A stretch of 64,000 nt of DNA from Ptychomitrium polyphyllum (GCA_973851085.1 OZ316775.1:13268001-13332000); one strand, 5' to 3'; counted from the stretch's first letter, positions 24,251 to 43,162 are shown. Numbers and translations are program-made. The notes: generated by a model from the letters alone, not told the origin.

Positions 24251-26910
24251 CTATTGGAGGCCTTCCGCTCCCTGTAGTTTATGAACATACTAAAATTGAG
24301 GTAGGGTTCAGGAGTGCGCAACGTGGTTCTCAAAAGCTCACTTGAAAGAAATTCTGTTTACCCAAAAACTGAAAGCACTGGTGTTCTGAGTTTTAAAAAT
24401 TCATGTAATGTAATTGGCCAATGCTTGAAATTGGGACATAGTCCTTCACACTCATACCGTTGTTCAGGAATTAGAAGACTTCACTCTTGCCTTCAGAAGA
24501 GGAAAGGTGAGATATGCTTTGTATGATGCATGTACTCCTTGTGGCTGTAAGTAGGTGAAATTAAGTACACTAAAGTCACCATATACTAAGGGGGTTGGCT
24601 GGACCAATATGTTGCTGAAGTCATAGAATATGATGATTTCAATGTAGAAAGCTATATACATATTCAATTGAATAATCCTAAACTTATATGTTTAAGAAGT
24701 CTCTTTGCAATGGTTGTTTAAGTCTCTCTTTGGAAAGTATTATGGACATCCTAATCATATATTTAAATATAACATGCAAGAATATGTATATATATCATAT
24801 GTAGTATGAAAATACAAATACATCATGTTGGTTGCAGTAGGATACTAGTATTTTGAACTTATATATTATAACTATAGTCCAAAATATAACAAAGATTGCA
24901 TATATAATAGCATTTTTTGTTTAAATTCAAAATTGAGTTTAAATTCAAAATTCAAAAAAAAACTCCATTTCAGTTCCATGAAATATTTAGAAAAAGCTTA
25001 GAGAATTCCATTTATTTTCTTAGATCATTAGATTTATTTTCTTTTCAAAATTAACTTGACAACGGAATTACTTTTTTTTTGTTACCATATTCAAATCTTT
25101 TCTAACATCATGAAGTTATCAAAATTAGTAAAAAAAAAATTTAACTTTTCTATATCCCAATAAAAAAACAAGTATCCTAATTTCTAGCCAGTTGAATTAG
25201 TGTTTGCATTGCCCACCTTTGCTTAACGTTTTGATTAGAGTTTTATTCATTTATAATTCAACATCTAAATGGGCTGCAAATAAATTGCAAGATAAAACTT
25301 GGATCTTCTTATCTATATTGCTAGTATCAACATCCGCATCCAACTCATATCTATGCTTTTTATTTTCACCATGTTCATTGAATTCCTTTCTATTCTTATG
25401 ATCATTGCTTGCTCTTATAATTCAATTCAGAAAAGGGATCCATATGCAGCTTTTTCTAAGAATCCTTTTGTGAAGAAGGTTTTTTCTTGATAAACAATGC
25501 ATCAAACTTGACCTTTATTAAATTGAAACAAATTGCATTTTTTGAGACATACATTTCTATTATTGCAAAGAATTTATTTAAATTTTTTTTGTACAAGTCA
25601 AAGCTAATATAAGTGAAAACTATGATGATAAGTGCAAGTTTAATAAATGACATGACAATGAGATTTAGTGCAATCAAAGATTTAATGATAAAATATTTCA
25701 AATGTTTAAGAAAATCAATTATTCCAAACCATCCTCAAATATTATAAACTTCAAAAAAGATCAATTTATATATAATCTTAATTCTTGTTAATATAAATGG
25801 CAGTATGTATTAAAATCCACATCTAATCATATTGATAGAAATATTATTTTTATATTAAAAAAAATAAGCATTCATTAATTCAACTTTGCCATGCCATTCA
25901 TAATGGTGTGGCATTGAGATGCCATTGCTCTAGTGCTTTCAATATCCATAGTGTCTTTTACTTAATGCAACACTTCTAAATCCTCCATTGCCAATTGCAT
26001 AACTATATTGAAAGGAACCTTGTAGTTTGAAAGAAATTTACTTGATTGTGGAAGAAATATGGCTCCAACTTAGTTTAAAACAAATATATATTCATTTCAA
26101 TCTAGGTGATTGTATTTGATTTGCTTCTTTTTTTCTACTAACAACCCTTTTATAAAAAAAAAAAGCCAAATGTAGACACGACTTTGTTTTGAAGAAGCTT
26201 CAATAAAAGATTCACATTATTTTCTATACAAGGAATTAGAAACAAATATAATGCTTGTTTACTATCCAAAATTACAATAGATGTGGTCTTAATAGCTAAA
26301 TTCATCAAGTAAAGCACAAAGTAGAAAGATGGAATAGCCATTGTTTTTGAAGAATTTGGAAGCTTAGGCATTGATGTGTTAGAAGTTGATGTTAGAGGCA
26401 TTATTAAGATCAAAGCTGAAGGTATTAGCTTTTGAATAGATCTTCTAATTTGCAAAACATTTGAAATACAAGAATTGAGAACAAGAATAAAAAAAAGGCT
26501 AAAAGTTGTTTTCCACATATTATCTTTCATTGATCACAATATTCATTATATTGAGACATTTTAAAGTCTCAATTTATGAAATCTTAGACCTTCTAATACT
26601 AAAGATGGAAGTTCTAAAATGCGCATTTCTTCTAAATATTTTAAATATTGTTAATTGTAAAATGATAAAACTAGAGGATGAGTGATAATTGGACGAGCTT
26701 CATAATATTCAATTTCAACGTACTTTAATAATACAAAAAATTATACACATTGTTATAATTGTATATTATAGTTGCTAAATTATTACTTGCAATGGAAACA
26801 CAATACTTTTGTTCTATCCAATTCATAACTTGCTTTGAGGTTCTTCATATAGAAAGTCACTCTACTAAATATATGCCTAAAAATAAATTATTAGCAACTA
26901 AAGGACTATA

Positions 26911-27805
26911 TATTAAGGTTACAAGAAACAAGAAGTAAATAAGAAGTAATTCCTAAGAAACAAGAAATAAACAAGAAATAAACAAGAAGTAATTCCTAAG
27001 AAATAAGAAGTAAGCAAGAAGTAATTCCTAATAATCAACTTCCAAAAAACTATTAATTATCAAAAATTAATATAAAGACTATAATAAGGGCACAATACAA
27101 TATGATTCATTACTTGTATCAAAACTAAAGTATACCTTGTTTTGCCTCCTATTTATACTATGATGCTTGTAGTTTTTAAGAAACTCCTAAAAACTCCTAT
27201 AAAGCTTATGAATGTTTTAGAAGTCTACAAAATCTTCCTTAGAAATTCTTCAAGGAAGTGCAACCTCCTTAAGAAATTTTCTAAGGAAACAAAACTTGTC
27301 CTTGACATTGCTCATGCAACATAGTCTTTAGAATCTTCCAAAACCTTTTGGTACATTGTAGTATTTTTCTTATAATACTTCCAATGCTTCCATAGTCATA
27401 CCACTCCCTTAAAAAAATTCTTGAGAAGATTCCATAAACTTCTAAAACATTCTTAAGCTTCATAAGAAACTTATTTAGAAGTATCCTAGGAACTACAAGC
27501 GTCATAGTATAAATAGGAGGCAAGACAAGGTATACCTTAGTTTTACCAACACAAGTTGTGGATCATATTATATTGTGTCTTTGTTCTAGTTTTTGTATTA
27601 ATTCTTGTTAATTATTAGTTTTTTGGAAGATAATTCTTGGAAACCACTTTGTATCTGCTTCTTGTTTCTTGTGTCCATAAAAGAACCTTCCCAAGAAGTT
27701 TTTAAGGATTGAAATTACTATGGAAGCATTAGAAGTATGATAAAAGGCTACCAAAGGGTTCTAGAAGATTCTAAAGACTATGTTGCATGATCTATGTCTA
27801 TGACA
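26911..27805 (+). mobile_element. Decayed AT-rich solo LTR (outer copy), interrupted by an inverted copy of the same family
   Basis: Starts tattaaggttacaagaaacaagaag (compare tgttaaggacataagaa at 56280) and ends ctaaagactatgttgcatgatctatgtctatgaca. Shares the core gtataccttgttttgcctcctatttatactatga with copies at 27297-27682, 34100-34449 and 56280-56853. Confidence 0.7.
27297..27682 (-). mobile_element. Solo LTR of the same family, nested in opposite orientation
   Basis: Reverse complement reads ttatggacacaagaaacaagaag ... taccttgtcttgcctcctatttatactatgacgc ... ctaaagactatgttgcatgagcaatgtcaaggaca. Flanks aaact/gaacc may be a decayed 5-bp TSD. Confidence 0.7.
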
Positions 27806-28785
27806 TTACATTTAATTTAATTCTTCTCTACATACTTCTATAAGTGGTCCAATTTATAACACAAATTAAATGAACAAAGTTACCAAGTGAGGCCCTCTGT
27901 AAAGAAGGCATCTTTTTTTGTGTGGTCAATTTAAGAAAATAGGAAATAATGTTCCCATTCTTGTTACAAACGCCCTTTTTTAAGGAATTGTCAATTAAAA
28001 GAATTTTGTGCTTGTCAAATGGTGACAACCAAATATAGCCCAAGAACAACTTATTTACAAGAACTTTAAGAAATACTTCCTTAAAGCTATTCAAACTCAT
28101 GGGAAAATTACCCTTTTAGGATTCAATTATGGTGCAATTATTGTGTCAAAGAATCTCAAAGAAGGATTTGAAATCTCTAAACAAAAAGGCCATAATAGCC
28201 TTCATAATGGACCATTTTATCAAGTTCTACATCATGAAGTGAGCGGCAATATTGCTAAGAGTACCCAAAAATTCACTCAAACAAAGACAAGTGTATAAGG
28301 TCCAATAAAGGCAGGAGATGTTGAGGAAAAATCACATTGATGGACATAGTTTGGGCAGCCCTTCCTCCGAGACCTAGACCTCTCTACACATTCACATTCA
28401 TATTCACATTCATGTTGACAGAGAACACCAAGTCCAAGTGCAGAATAATATTCATGTGCAGCCACCTCCGCCGCGGCATGGACCCTACAAAGCAAACCAA
28501 ACAAAACAAAACACTTTGCGGAAGACATGGTGAACCAGAAAAGAAAAGAAAAAGGAAAGAAAAGAACAGAAAAGGGGGAGCTTTGTCTGCAGCTGAAGCC
28601 AGAGCTGGGGGGCAATGCCTTGCAGCAGCCAAGCAAGGGCTAGGCAGCAGCAGCAGGGGGCGATTGCAGGTTTGAGAAGACTTTGCTATGGCGTCGCTCC
28701 TTTTGTATGTCCGCGCACCCCTTTGCCATGGCTGTGTTGCCACCCCCGCTGTTGTCTGCGTGCGCATTTAGTTTCTTCGTTTTAT

Positions 28786-28814
28786 CAGCACCAGCACCAG
28801 CACCAGCACCAGCA
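28786..28814. repeat. (CAGCAC)n hexanucleotide microsatellite in the probable 5' UTR of the DUF1295 gene
   Basis: cagcaccagcaccagcaccagcaccagca, about 45 nt upstream of the ATG at 28861. Confidence 0.85.
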
Positions 28815-28860
28815 GTTGCACAAGCCATTGGTGGTTACCTCACTTCGTGTGGACTGCGTC

Positions 28861-31678
28861 ATGGCGTTTGTCATTGACCAGAATTATCTGGCCATTACTG
28901 CAATCGTCACGGTGAGTGTTTGTGGACGTATTCGTTTTTGAGTCGTCAATTTCCTCGTTTTTGGAGGTTTGTAGTCTCGGAGGATTGTGCATTGGCATTG
29001 GAATTTTTTTTGCGTTTGACATTCTACAGGTTCTTCTATTTGATGACATTGGGTTTGTGACTTGTGGTGTTGCGGATGCAGATATGCTATCAGTTTGCAT
29101 TTTTCGTTGTAGCTGCATCCTGTAAATTCGACAAGGTTACTGACTTTGCTGGTAAGGGCTTTCGTTCCGCTGTATTTGTTTTCGAAACTCCCCATTATAT
29201 GGCAGTGGTTGCAAGTGTAATTTTGTTTTCGGATGGCGTGTTTAGCTGTTTGGTGTAGCTCTTGCTGATCTGTACATTGGATGCGGCAGGTGGTACGAAC
29301 TTTGTGATAGTTGCTCTTCTTACATTTTTCCTCCATCATACATGGCACTTTCGACAGGTAAACTCTCTTCTCGGAAATTCAAGTGTATCCTATGGTTGGC
29401 ATTAATGCTCTACCTATTACAACTAGGTTTAATTTTTGATACTAAAGTAGGAAGCCGCTATGCTTGATGAAAATTTCAATGGAAAGTGCCTGGTCACGAG
29501 GTGCAGATCGTGCTCACGTCCTTGGTCGTAATTTGGGGAATCCGACTGGCCATTTTTCTGCTTCTCAGGTACGGAACCTCTTCTGATATGAGGTTTATTA
29601 TCCTCTTTTGGCTGCGATTTGTTGCCCGTGTATGTTCACTCCATGTCTTATGTGGTTGTTTGTGATTTATTCTTCCAGGTTAGTTTTACATGTAGATTGT
29701 TGCATTTAGAAGCACCATTCACCACTTTCTTAAAGGGTCACCCAGATAGGTTGCTGAGTGGTTTGATCGGCTCAGTGTGTAATTGTATCTCCATTCTCGT
29801 AGTTTCACTTGATTTCAGAAGTGTTGTTAACGGGGTCAGGACTCGCTAATGAAACGTGGATGATGAACTATTCAGAATACTAGCATGGGGAGAAGACAAG
29901 CGGTTTGACGAGAAGCGCGACAATCTTTTGAAGTTCGCTGCATTTTGGGTGTTACAGGTGTCTGCTTCTTCCCATAGGTTTTATGTGTGTTCATTTGGAC
30001 GAAATTGAAGTTAAACATTGCTTTGAAAAACTGGAACTTTAATATAATGCATTTGTAGAAACTGAAATACTCGGACTTGGACATTCGGGACTATTATTTA
30101 TATTTTCTTTTACTGAAATACTTCTTTGCTCCTTAATGCACCAGTTGTTTTATTCTTTTGGAGTAGCTTGGTTAGTATCTCCCTGCTTTCATGTTAAAGC
30201 ATAGATGTACTAAATTCACGAATTTTAAACTTGGTTAATTAAGATTTGCTGTTCTTGATGCTGCAAGTGGAAGAGATATTGATAATTTTCGCTTTGAGCT
30301 TCCGAGTTTTGAATATTTATGCTATATGTTTCTTGGCAGGCAATTTGGGTGTGGACGGTGAGCTTGCCTGTGACAGTTGTCAATGGAAGTAATAGGGCTC
30401 CAAGTATTGACGTGGCGGACATAGTGGGCTGGATTCTGTGGGCTATTGGGCTGTCTATTGAAGCAGTTGCGGATCAGCAAAAGCTGAACCTGAAGAAAAA
30501 TCCTGCCAGTAAAGGAAGATGGTGTGATGTTGGCGTCTGGTATTGGTCTAGGCATCCCAACTATTTTGGAGAGGTGAACATTACAATTTTAGTGCTTTCT
30601 TAATTTTAATTGATGGCCCTGCCCTTATAGATCTGGTGCATGTGAATCACATACTAACTCTAGCTTCAAGTTTTATTTGTTTATTTGTTTGAGATTTTGC
30701 ACGATAAAAATTCTATTGTTGTTATGACTTTATTGCACAGAATCTTATTGTTATAAGAATCGGCAATTCAGTATTTCCTTTCAAGTTATTTGTGAATGAG
30801 AAAGTATATGTACTTGACAGATTCTTTTATGGTGGGGTATATTTATAAGCGCCACGCCAGTATTGAGGAAAGGTCAATGGGCAGTTATTGCTGGCCCCAT
30901 CTTCATCACAGTACTTCTGCTTTTCGTGAGTGGAATGCCATTGCTAGAGGTAATTTTTCGCTGACCGCCATCTATACGAGTGCTCCCCATGACCAGCATG
31001 TAGGATAGGGTTTAATGAGAGCAATTTCCGAGTACCGCATCTTATTCAACTTGACTGAATTCGTGAATTGTTACTGGGCGGTGCAGGAATCGGCTGATAA
31101 GAGACACGGGAGCAACCCAGAATACCGGGATTACAAGAACAAGACAAGGTAAAGGCCATACTGAGCGACCTCTTCTCATATTCTCTTGTAGGTTTATTCT
31201 TCTAAGTTGCATACGTTATTCTTCTTTCAAGTATATATGGAGAAGAATAAGCTGGCTTACTTTTCTTACTCTAAGCAGTTGTTGCTTCGATAATTAGAAG
31301 TGAAGCATTTCTTGTTATATTTAGTCCTAGGGGAATTCAGAGAAGTCATCTACACAAACAAATTCACTAGGAAAATTTTACTTTGAATTAAGTCTCGAAC
31401 TGCCTAAGTGGATAGGTCTGATAAGAAAGGGCGACATTTATATTTAACGGAGTTGCAAGCTGCCGAAGTCCTAAGATTGAATTTATGGTTTACTATTTTC
31501 TATGATGACCAATACGTGCTCCAAATTTTCATGCAGTCCTTTAATACCTCTACCTCCAGCAATGTATGGAAGACTTCCGAGCTGGTTCAAGCTTGTGTTC
31601 CTTCTTGAGCTGCCATTATACAACAAGAAGCTATCAAGTGGTCAAGAGCAGTTGCGAACGAGCTCTGAAGCTGTATAA
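28861..31678 (+). CDS. DUF1295 / 3-oxo-5-alpha-steroid 4-dehydrogenase-like membrane protein, 9 exons
   Basis: Exons 28861-28911, 29082-29151, 29290-29357, 29507-29568, 29876-29957, 30340-30573, 30821-30949, 31087-31148, 31537-31678. Motifs [80 protein letters not shown]. Confidence 0.93.
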
Positions 31679-32959
31679 TATTTTCGTCATAGCATTTACA
31701 TCCAGTGAGAAAATATTAATTCAATTGGAAATGCCTCCTCGTATAGGCCGCGAGTCTGCATTTTTCAGGGGTTCCCGTAAAGCTCCTGTTAGAGATATTA
31801 CCACTGATACGGTTGTAGAGGTTTATGGAGCATGTAAGGGTTACACTGTTGTGTACTATACATGGAAACCTACAGACGTTTGGATATATTAAGTAGTCGA
31901 AGTAGATTTAATCACTGAGTTGTGAAGTAGCATAGAATTTCCTGGTTGTGAGCACTGCGTTATGTATCAGTATGAATCATTCATTGTATTGTCGACATCA
32001 AAGTACAGATATGTCATCGGTTTCTAACACCTGAACTCAAGTGATTTTTTGTACAGGTTCTTTCATTTCAACTGATTGTTTGTACTTCTGTTGACAGGTG
32101 CGTAGCTCCTGCATTCCGTAAGTGCAGAAAGCACTGCCATTATTGTTCTTGGCACAAGAATTGAAATGCTCTTTATTCTTTTTAGGTAGTCAGTTTGATA
32201 AATGGCATGTCAAGGAATCCAATTTTAAAACAGAGTTTTGGGAGAAGTACTTGGCGATGCTTTCTGCATGTTTTGTTGGAATACACGACAGTCCATTATC
32301 CAGTTGTTTGATCAGTGTTTTGAGAAAATAATTTTGACCTAGCAAGGTGGGCAAGTGGTAGCAAAAACTTAGCAAAGTTGGAGACGTAACATGGAGAGAC
32401 TTGGAGAGACTTGGGCAGTAATGTAGGAGATGGAACATAATTGCATTCAAAGCTGCAGGCACGAAATCGAGTCGAGGTAATTGAAATTGACGGTGAAAGT
32501 CCCGTGCGTGCATGTGGAACAACCACCCTGAATTCGGACGACTTCGAAATCGGTCCTGTATCGGATGACGAGCTGAATGCCAAGTCGTAGTCACAGTTCA
32601 GTGTAGTACTTTTCAACTATTGCACTCATACTGGATCCATTTCTCTGCTCCAAGTCCACATGGAAACCGAAATCTTATCCCCTGTGCCGTGGATAATTCA
32701 ATTTGCTTGAAATGAAGACTAAACAATGGATGTCGGTGTCCAAACTGTTTGACGTGAGATTCCTAACACGACTAAGTTTGCCCAGTATACCAGGCTGGAG
32801 AGATGGAGTCTAATCAATTGCTAATTTCACTCATGCGGCGCGTGTACAACCATAAGATGGCTGGTGGAGAAGACCCATCCTAGAAGTGAAAATCGAATTA
32901 AGTAGGCCAGAAGATTTCAAGAGGCCAGTGCAGCAGCTAGCTGTTGCAACACTCAATAT

Positions 32960-35100
32960 TGTATATCAACAAGGTGGGAGCATTCTATACAGCGCATACA
33001 CAGCTCTTTTTGAGATGGTCAGAATCTTGACGACCTTTCCAACTTTATAAAGATTGAAGGCTGTTGGAAATTTGTGCCATGTTATTTCAAACGGATGATG
33101 ATGGTAAGACTTATGTCATTACATATGCTTCTTGAAGCAGCATTGGTGCAAAAAGTCGAATATTTATCTTATGAATATGAGTGCTTAGCAGTACTATGGA
33201 TAATAATATATTTCTGTGCATACCTTTATGGCTAGAGTTTCACGCTTGTGATAGGTCATTACATTAGCCTCTTAAATAGTTGATGAATGATGAAGCTTGA
33301 TAAGCTCACGGAAAAGTTTAATAGGTGGGCTTTGTTATCCTAAAATGTTACTTTTTAGGTAGTCTACAAAGCAAGATTGTATGATGTTAATGGATTGAGC
33401 CATAATTCAAACCTTGTAGTAAAAGAGTTGAGTGGAGTTAGGTGGTACATTATTTTAGATCAAGAAGTAGTATTAGAATAGTATGCCTCATCTTATTGGC
33501 TTGGATTGAAGGAACATTTGGCCAAGCTATAAGTGAGAATTTGGAGAGTAATGTAAATGAAAACTCAAATTAAAGAAATTCTTAAATTACTATGAATGTA
33601 TGGAAAAGTCAAGGATTTTATATTGTTTATAATATGGAGAATTTTTACATAATACTATGCATCAAAAAAGAAATCATGTAGACCACTGCATGGCTAGGCT
33701 TCATTAAAAAGGTGGTCTTCAATTTTGATGATGGCCAGAATGAAACATGGAAGGTGATTCTAAGGCTTAACTATTGTCTACACTTGATATGGTAGATGCA
33801 TAAAGACTTGGAGAATATTATTTTATATTGTATACATTCAATATTGCTTACATTTGATGTTGGATGGTTAATACTTGTGGATGGGCATGCAACAAGACTT
33901 AAAGGTGAAATGACAAGGTGTGATGTCTATAATTGGATTAAATCAAGCTTTAATATTTTGTGTCTTTAAATATTGCAATTGCCAATTATAGATGACAAGT
34001 GAAGTATTAATTTTATTGAACCATTGATAACCACATCACAAGTGCTAAATATAACTTTATTATCATAGAATATTTTTGCAAGTGAATTAATTGGTAGCAT
34101 TATTTTAAAGACATAAGAAATAATAAATCAAATAAGAAGTTATTTTAAGAATTTGCTTCCAAAGGGCTATTAAATAACAAAAATTGGTGCAAGCATTTAG
34201 AAACAAAGTAATATATGAATATGTTCTACAATTTGTGTTGGTAAGAGTACAGTTTATTTCATCTTGCCTCTTACTTGTACCATGAAACTTATACTCCTTA
34301 AGATACTTCTAAAAAAACTTTTAAAAAAGCTATAAAATATTTTAAAGGTTTAAAGCACCTTTTTAAGCAAATTCTTAAAGATGGTGATAGATTAGAAAAG
34401 CTATTAGAAGATTCTTAAAGATTATATTATATAACACATGTCTATAATATTTTGCTACAAAATTCTTAAAAACTAGCTATTACAACAATTGTAGATCATA
34501 TCGTTGTTAAGCTTAAAACTTCTGCAAAACTAATGAAAGACCAACTGGAAGTAAAGAACTTTGTACCAAATTTGCGATCAATCACCGTACTACATATAGG
34601 AAACCATTTGAAGGTTGATAGATTGGCAAATAGAGAGATTTGTACAATCAAACATGGATTATACAAATAAAGCTTAATAAAAGGCAACCATATTGATTAG
34701 AATCCAAAATTGCCTTGGACAACAATGAGATATCACTTCAATTAACATGCATGTCTTGCAGCTTGTAGCCTTTACCAACTATTGTATGTTAAAGAGCCTA
34801 TGTTATTATTAGTAATAAAAGAGAAGTTATATTAAATTATAAAATTTGATGATTCAACAAATAGGATCCAAGTGCTATAAAATGAAATTGAATGGTTTTA
34901 AAGGGCCGTCTATATGACTATAGAGAGCTTGGTAATAATGCAATAAATGAATATTCTAAGGTATAAGTTTATAAGAAGTGGGACTTATGAACTTCAACTT
35001 TGACAATTTAAGATTGATGATTATATATATTTATAATGAGAGGTAATAATGGCCTTAGACGTTTGAATAGGAAGGGACCACCTTATAATTTAAAACAACT
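32960..35100 (+). mobile_element. Heavily decayed Ty3/gypsy pol remnant (RNase H and integrase), with younger LTRs nested in it
   Basis: Translation across stops and frameshifts gives RNase H-like QTDDDGKTYVITYAS..SYEYECLAVLWII.YFCAYLYG.SFTLV..KLTEKFNRWALL (about 33090-33340). An integrase-like CDV..LPI..IIEYF stretch lies near 33900-34100, and an integrase C-terminal FKIDDYIYL near 35010. Confidence 0.7.
34100..34449 (+). mobile_element. Very degenerate solo LTR of the 26.9-27.8 kb / 56.3 kb family
   Basis: Contains atcttgcctcttacttgtaccatga..cttaagatacttcta and attagaagattcttaaagatatt..catgtctataata, which are recognisable versions of the family core and 3' end. Confidence 0.5.
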
Positions 35101-35161
35101 TTATTTAGTGGAATATTTTTCTCACAAAGGAAGGATGGACATGAGTATACAACACATACAA

Positions 35162-36326
35162 TGTCGCGCACCTCTTCTTGAAGAGTGCCCGCAACACTAA
35201 GGGCACAAGGGGGACCCCAGAGTGACGTCCGGGACTTGTGGTGCCGATAGTGAGGGGAACCGAGTGGTCCTAGCGTGGGAAAGATCCCTAGGAGGAGAAA
35301 CATCCTTATCCATGTAGACTGAGGGCCACAAGGGATAAATTGTAGACATTGGAGGAATCACGAAGAGTTGATTTTAAAATGCTAAAGATTGCTCAAATTA
35401 AACAAGGGAGCTAAAAGATATGGCACCTCAAAGTTGGAGTTGCCAAGGGGCTGTTCTGGAATGTGGCAACCCTACACAGTGATTGTACTGGACTAGGACA
35501 GTCTAGGGAGGGACTCCCTGGGAGTCCCGAACCTTGGGAGAGGCATATTTCCTAGAGTACTAACTCAAATCAAATGTTTGAGGAGTCTATCAACATCTAC
35601 GCAAAGAGTAGACGACGATAGAGTAGTCGCTTGATAGATTCAAGCACCGGACGTGGAAGATATGGCTCCCTGAAGGTCCGCAAAGAGTTCCGGAGGCTTC
35701 CAGCAGCTAAGTCCCAAGGAAGATCGGGTGGTCTTCCAAAACTTTGGGTGTGTCGGGGTTCAGCCAGCTATAGAGGGCTAGGGGGCCTGCCGAATCCCAC
35801 AAACAATACTATAGGGGAGGGTTAATCCTCCTCCCCACTTCCCTAGTGTCCCGATAGGAACCAAAGGTGAGTCCCGGTTAGTGGAGCTAGTGTTGGGGCT
35901 TTACCACGGGGAGTCCCACACTATTGTGAGCCGGTACATGACCGGTTTCACAAAGGAAACTAATGAGATCAAGAGGGCATGTTTGTTACCACTAAGTTGG
36001 GGTGGTGTCTTCACGTCGGCACCATGATGGCCCGGGGTGATCTTAGGATCACATGGAGATCATAAGTGGTGGTGAGGAGACACCACTAAGTGCGGTTAGG
36101 CCGTGTGGAATGGGAGTAATACCAAGTGAGGCCTTAGACATGAATGGAAGTCCGCACCTAAACATTGGCTACCAATCAATTGGGTGTCCTAAAAGAAATG
36201 GTAAAAAGAATTGGAAACCAAGCTTGGGACTTGAAGAGTCAAAATGGAAATTAACCATATGCATATGGGGGTGTACAGGGTTGATGCGCGTGACGTTTGT
36301 TAGGGTGCATTACGAGGGTTGCGACA
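35162..36326. mobile_element. Solo LTR (1165 bp) with intact termini and 5-bp target-site duplication
   Basis: Begins TGTCGC and ends GCGACA (terminal inverted repeat), flanked by TACAA on both sides (35157-35161 and 36327-36331). GC-richer than its surroundings. Its 3' part is homologous to 57135-57614. Confidence 0.85.
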
Positions 36327-37782
36327 TACAAAGAATTAAGTTCTATGGCACATAACTCTGGAGCTATAAATCTACAATTGGCAATGGTTCTAATTGGATG
36401 ATATGTTTTATAATAAAAAAATGCCAAGGTTTAGCCATCATATTGTTTTATACTTTATGATAGTGAAATTGGTACAATAGCATGACATTAATTGCCATTA
36501 GTACCAATACATATTAGAAGCTTTTAAAAACCAAGAAGATCCAAAGAAGTTTCTTGGAGGTTTAGGCATCTCCAAGTGGTTGCTAAAGAAGCAACCTTAA
36601 CCTTAAAATGTTCCAAACGATTATGAAAGCTTTTAAAGAAACAACCTAAGGTTGCTTAATTACAAAGCCTTGTATTTATAACTTTTTAACCACTTTCTAA
36701 AGGAATCATATAAATATTAAATATATAAGAGTCAATTTTGTTTCAATAATATATTACTTGTGGTATAGTTCAAATCTTCTAATCTTAAACTTTGTTTTGA
36801 TTTTTAATTCTTAATGTAAAATTGAAATATTCCATTTTTCCATCTAAAATCCTTATCATATGTTTCATCCAAAACAACCATTGGCTAGTTTTTTTAAAAG
36901 AGGTTGAATTTGTCCACAATGCAAGAAATAATCAATTATTTACTTTCTTTTAAGGAAATGTGTAAGATATTTTAATGAATGGAGGATGTGTTTACTTTTG
37001 CAACACATTATATTGTGGTGAAAGCAATGACGTTGTACCATTAATACATAAATATGGACCAAATGGACTTTAATAACATTGGAAGTGATAGAAGGTGGGG
37101 CTTAAATCCATCCAATTTATTTTTTCACTTATGGTTTGGTTTAAGATTAGCAATGGATATGGAGCTATTGGATGTCTTCCACAACATATTGTTCGTATGG
37201 CAAGTTTGGTACATATTGCCTTGGTTTTTAGTACCTAATGTGATGATTATTGTTGATATGTAGGCTGCTATTAATGTATAGGTTATTCATTTTAAGGTAT
37301 GATCTTTAATTTTAAAATACTTGCTTTTATTAGTTCCATTATACTTACTTTAAATCAAATTATGATGTTTTAGTATTTTAATTGTGATGTTTTATTTAAA
37401 TTATAAATTTTCATTTAAATTATGAAATTTGCAATTAATGCATTTGTTATCTATGGTTTAATTTTTATTTTATTTTGAAAATTTTAGAAAACCAAACAAC
37501 AGAAGAAGAACACATGAGTGTTGATGATGAAAGGTGACAATGAAAAAGAGACTAGAATGATCGAGAGCAATGAAAGAGGGGGAACATGGGAACATGGGAA
37601 CAGGAGAACAGGGGAGAGGGGAACAGGAGGGAGGGAACCCCACCGGTAAGGGGAAGGAAGAAGAGCCATAGTTGCCACGGGAGACACGGGGGCTAGAGTT
37701 GGAGTTGCCATTGCCATTGCCGGGGTCCACTTGGCGTGGGCGCCTTGAGAGCCAGACCAGTGCCTCCAGTTCCCAAAACACA

Positions 37783-37825
37783 CAAACAGAAACAGAAACA
37801 GAGAGAGAGAGAGAGAGAGTGAGAG
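37783..37825 (+). promoter_or_regulatory. (GAAACA)n followed by (GA)9 tract upstream of CDC48 copy 1, possible GAGA (BBR/BPC-type) element
   Basis: caaacagaaacagaaacagagagagagagagagagagtgagag, about 200 nt upstream of the ATG at 38021. No equivalent tract seen upstream of copy 2. The regulatory role is inference. Confidence 0.4.
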
Positions 37826-38020
37826 CAAGGGAGGGAGGAGACTTGCCCCGCACTCACACCAGAAGGACCTAGACCTCGCTTTTGCTTCCTGCGCTGCCGT
37901 CGCATCGTCGCCCCCTCGCCATATATTCCTTGGCAATCCTGACTGAGATAGTTCTGCTTTGTGCCCTGATTTCGCACAACACGGCATCCGCATCGCGACT
38001 TGACCACTTGCAGTTCGGCC

Positions 38021-43162
<5,142 letters not shown>

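Noticed and set aside
24700..26900. AT-rich ORFs of 60-126 aa, possible transposase remnant
   Set aside because: No catalytic motif or terminal repeats recognised, and low-complexity translations.
32459..32590. Protein-like 43-aa segment (ARNRVEVIEIDGESP...DDELNAKS*) after a CTGCAG acceptor
   Set aside because: No upstream partner exon or phase-compatible donor found, and no recognisable family.
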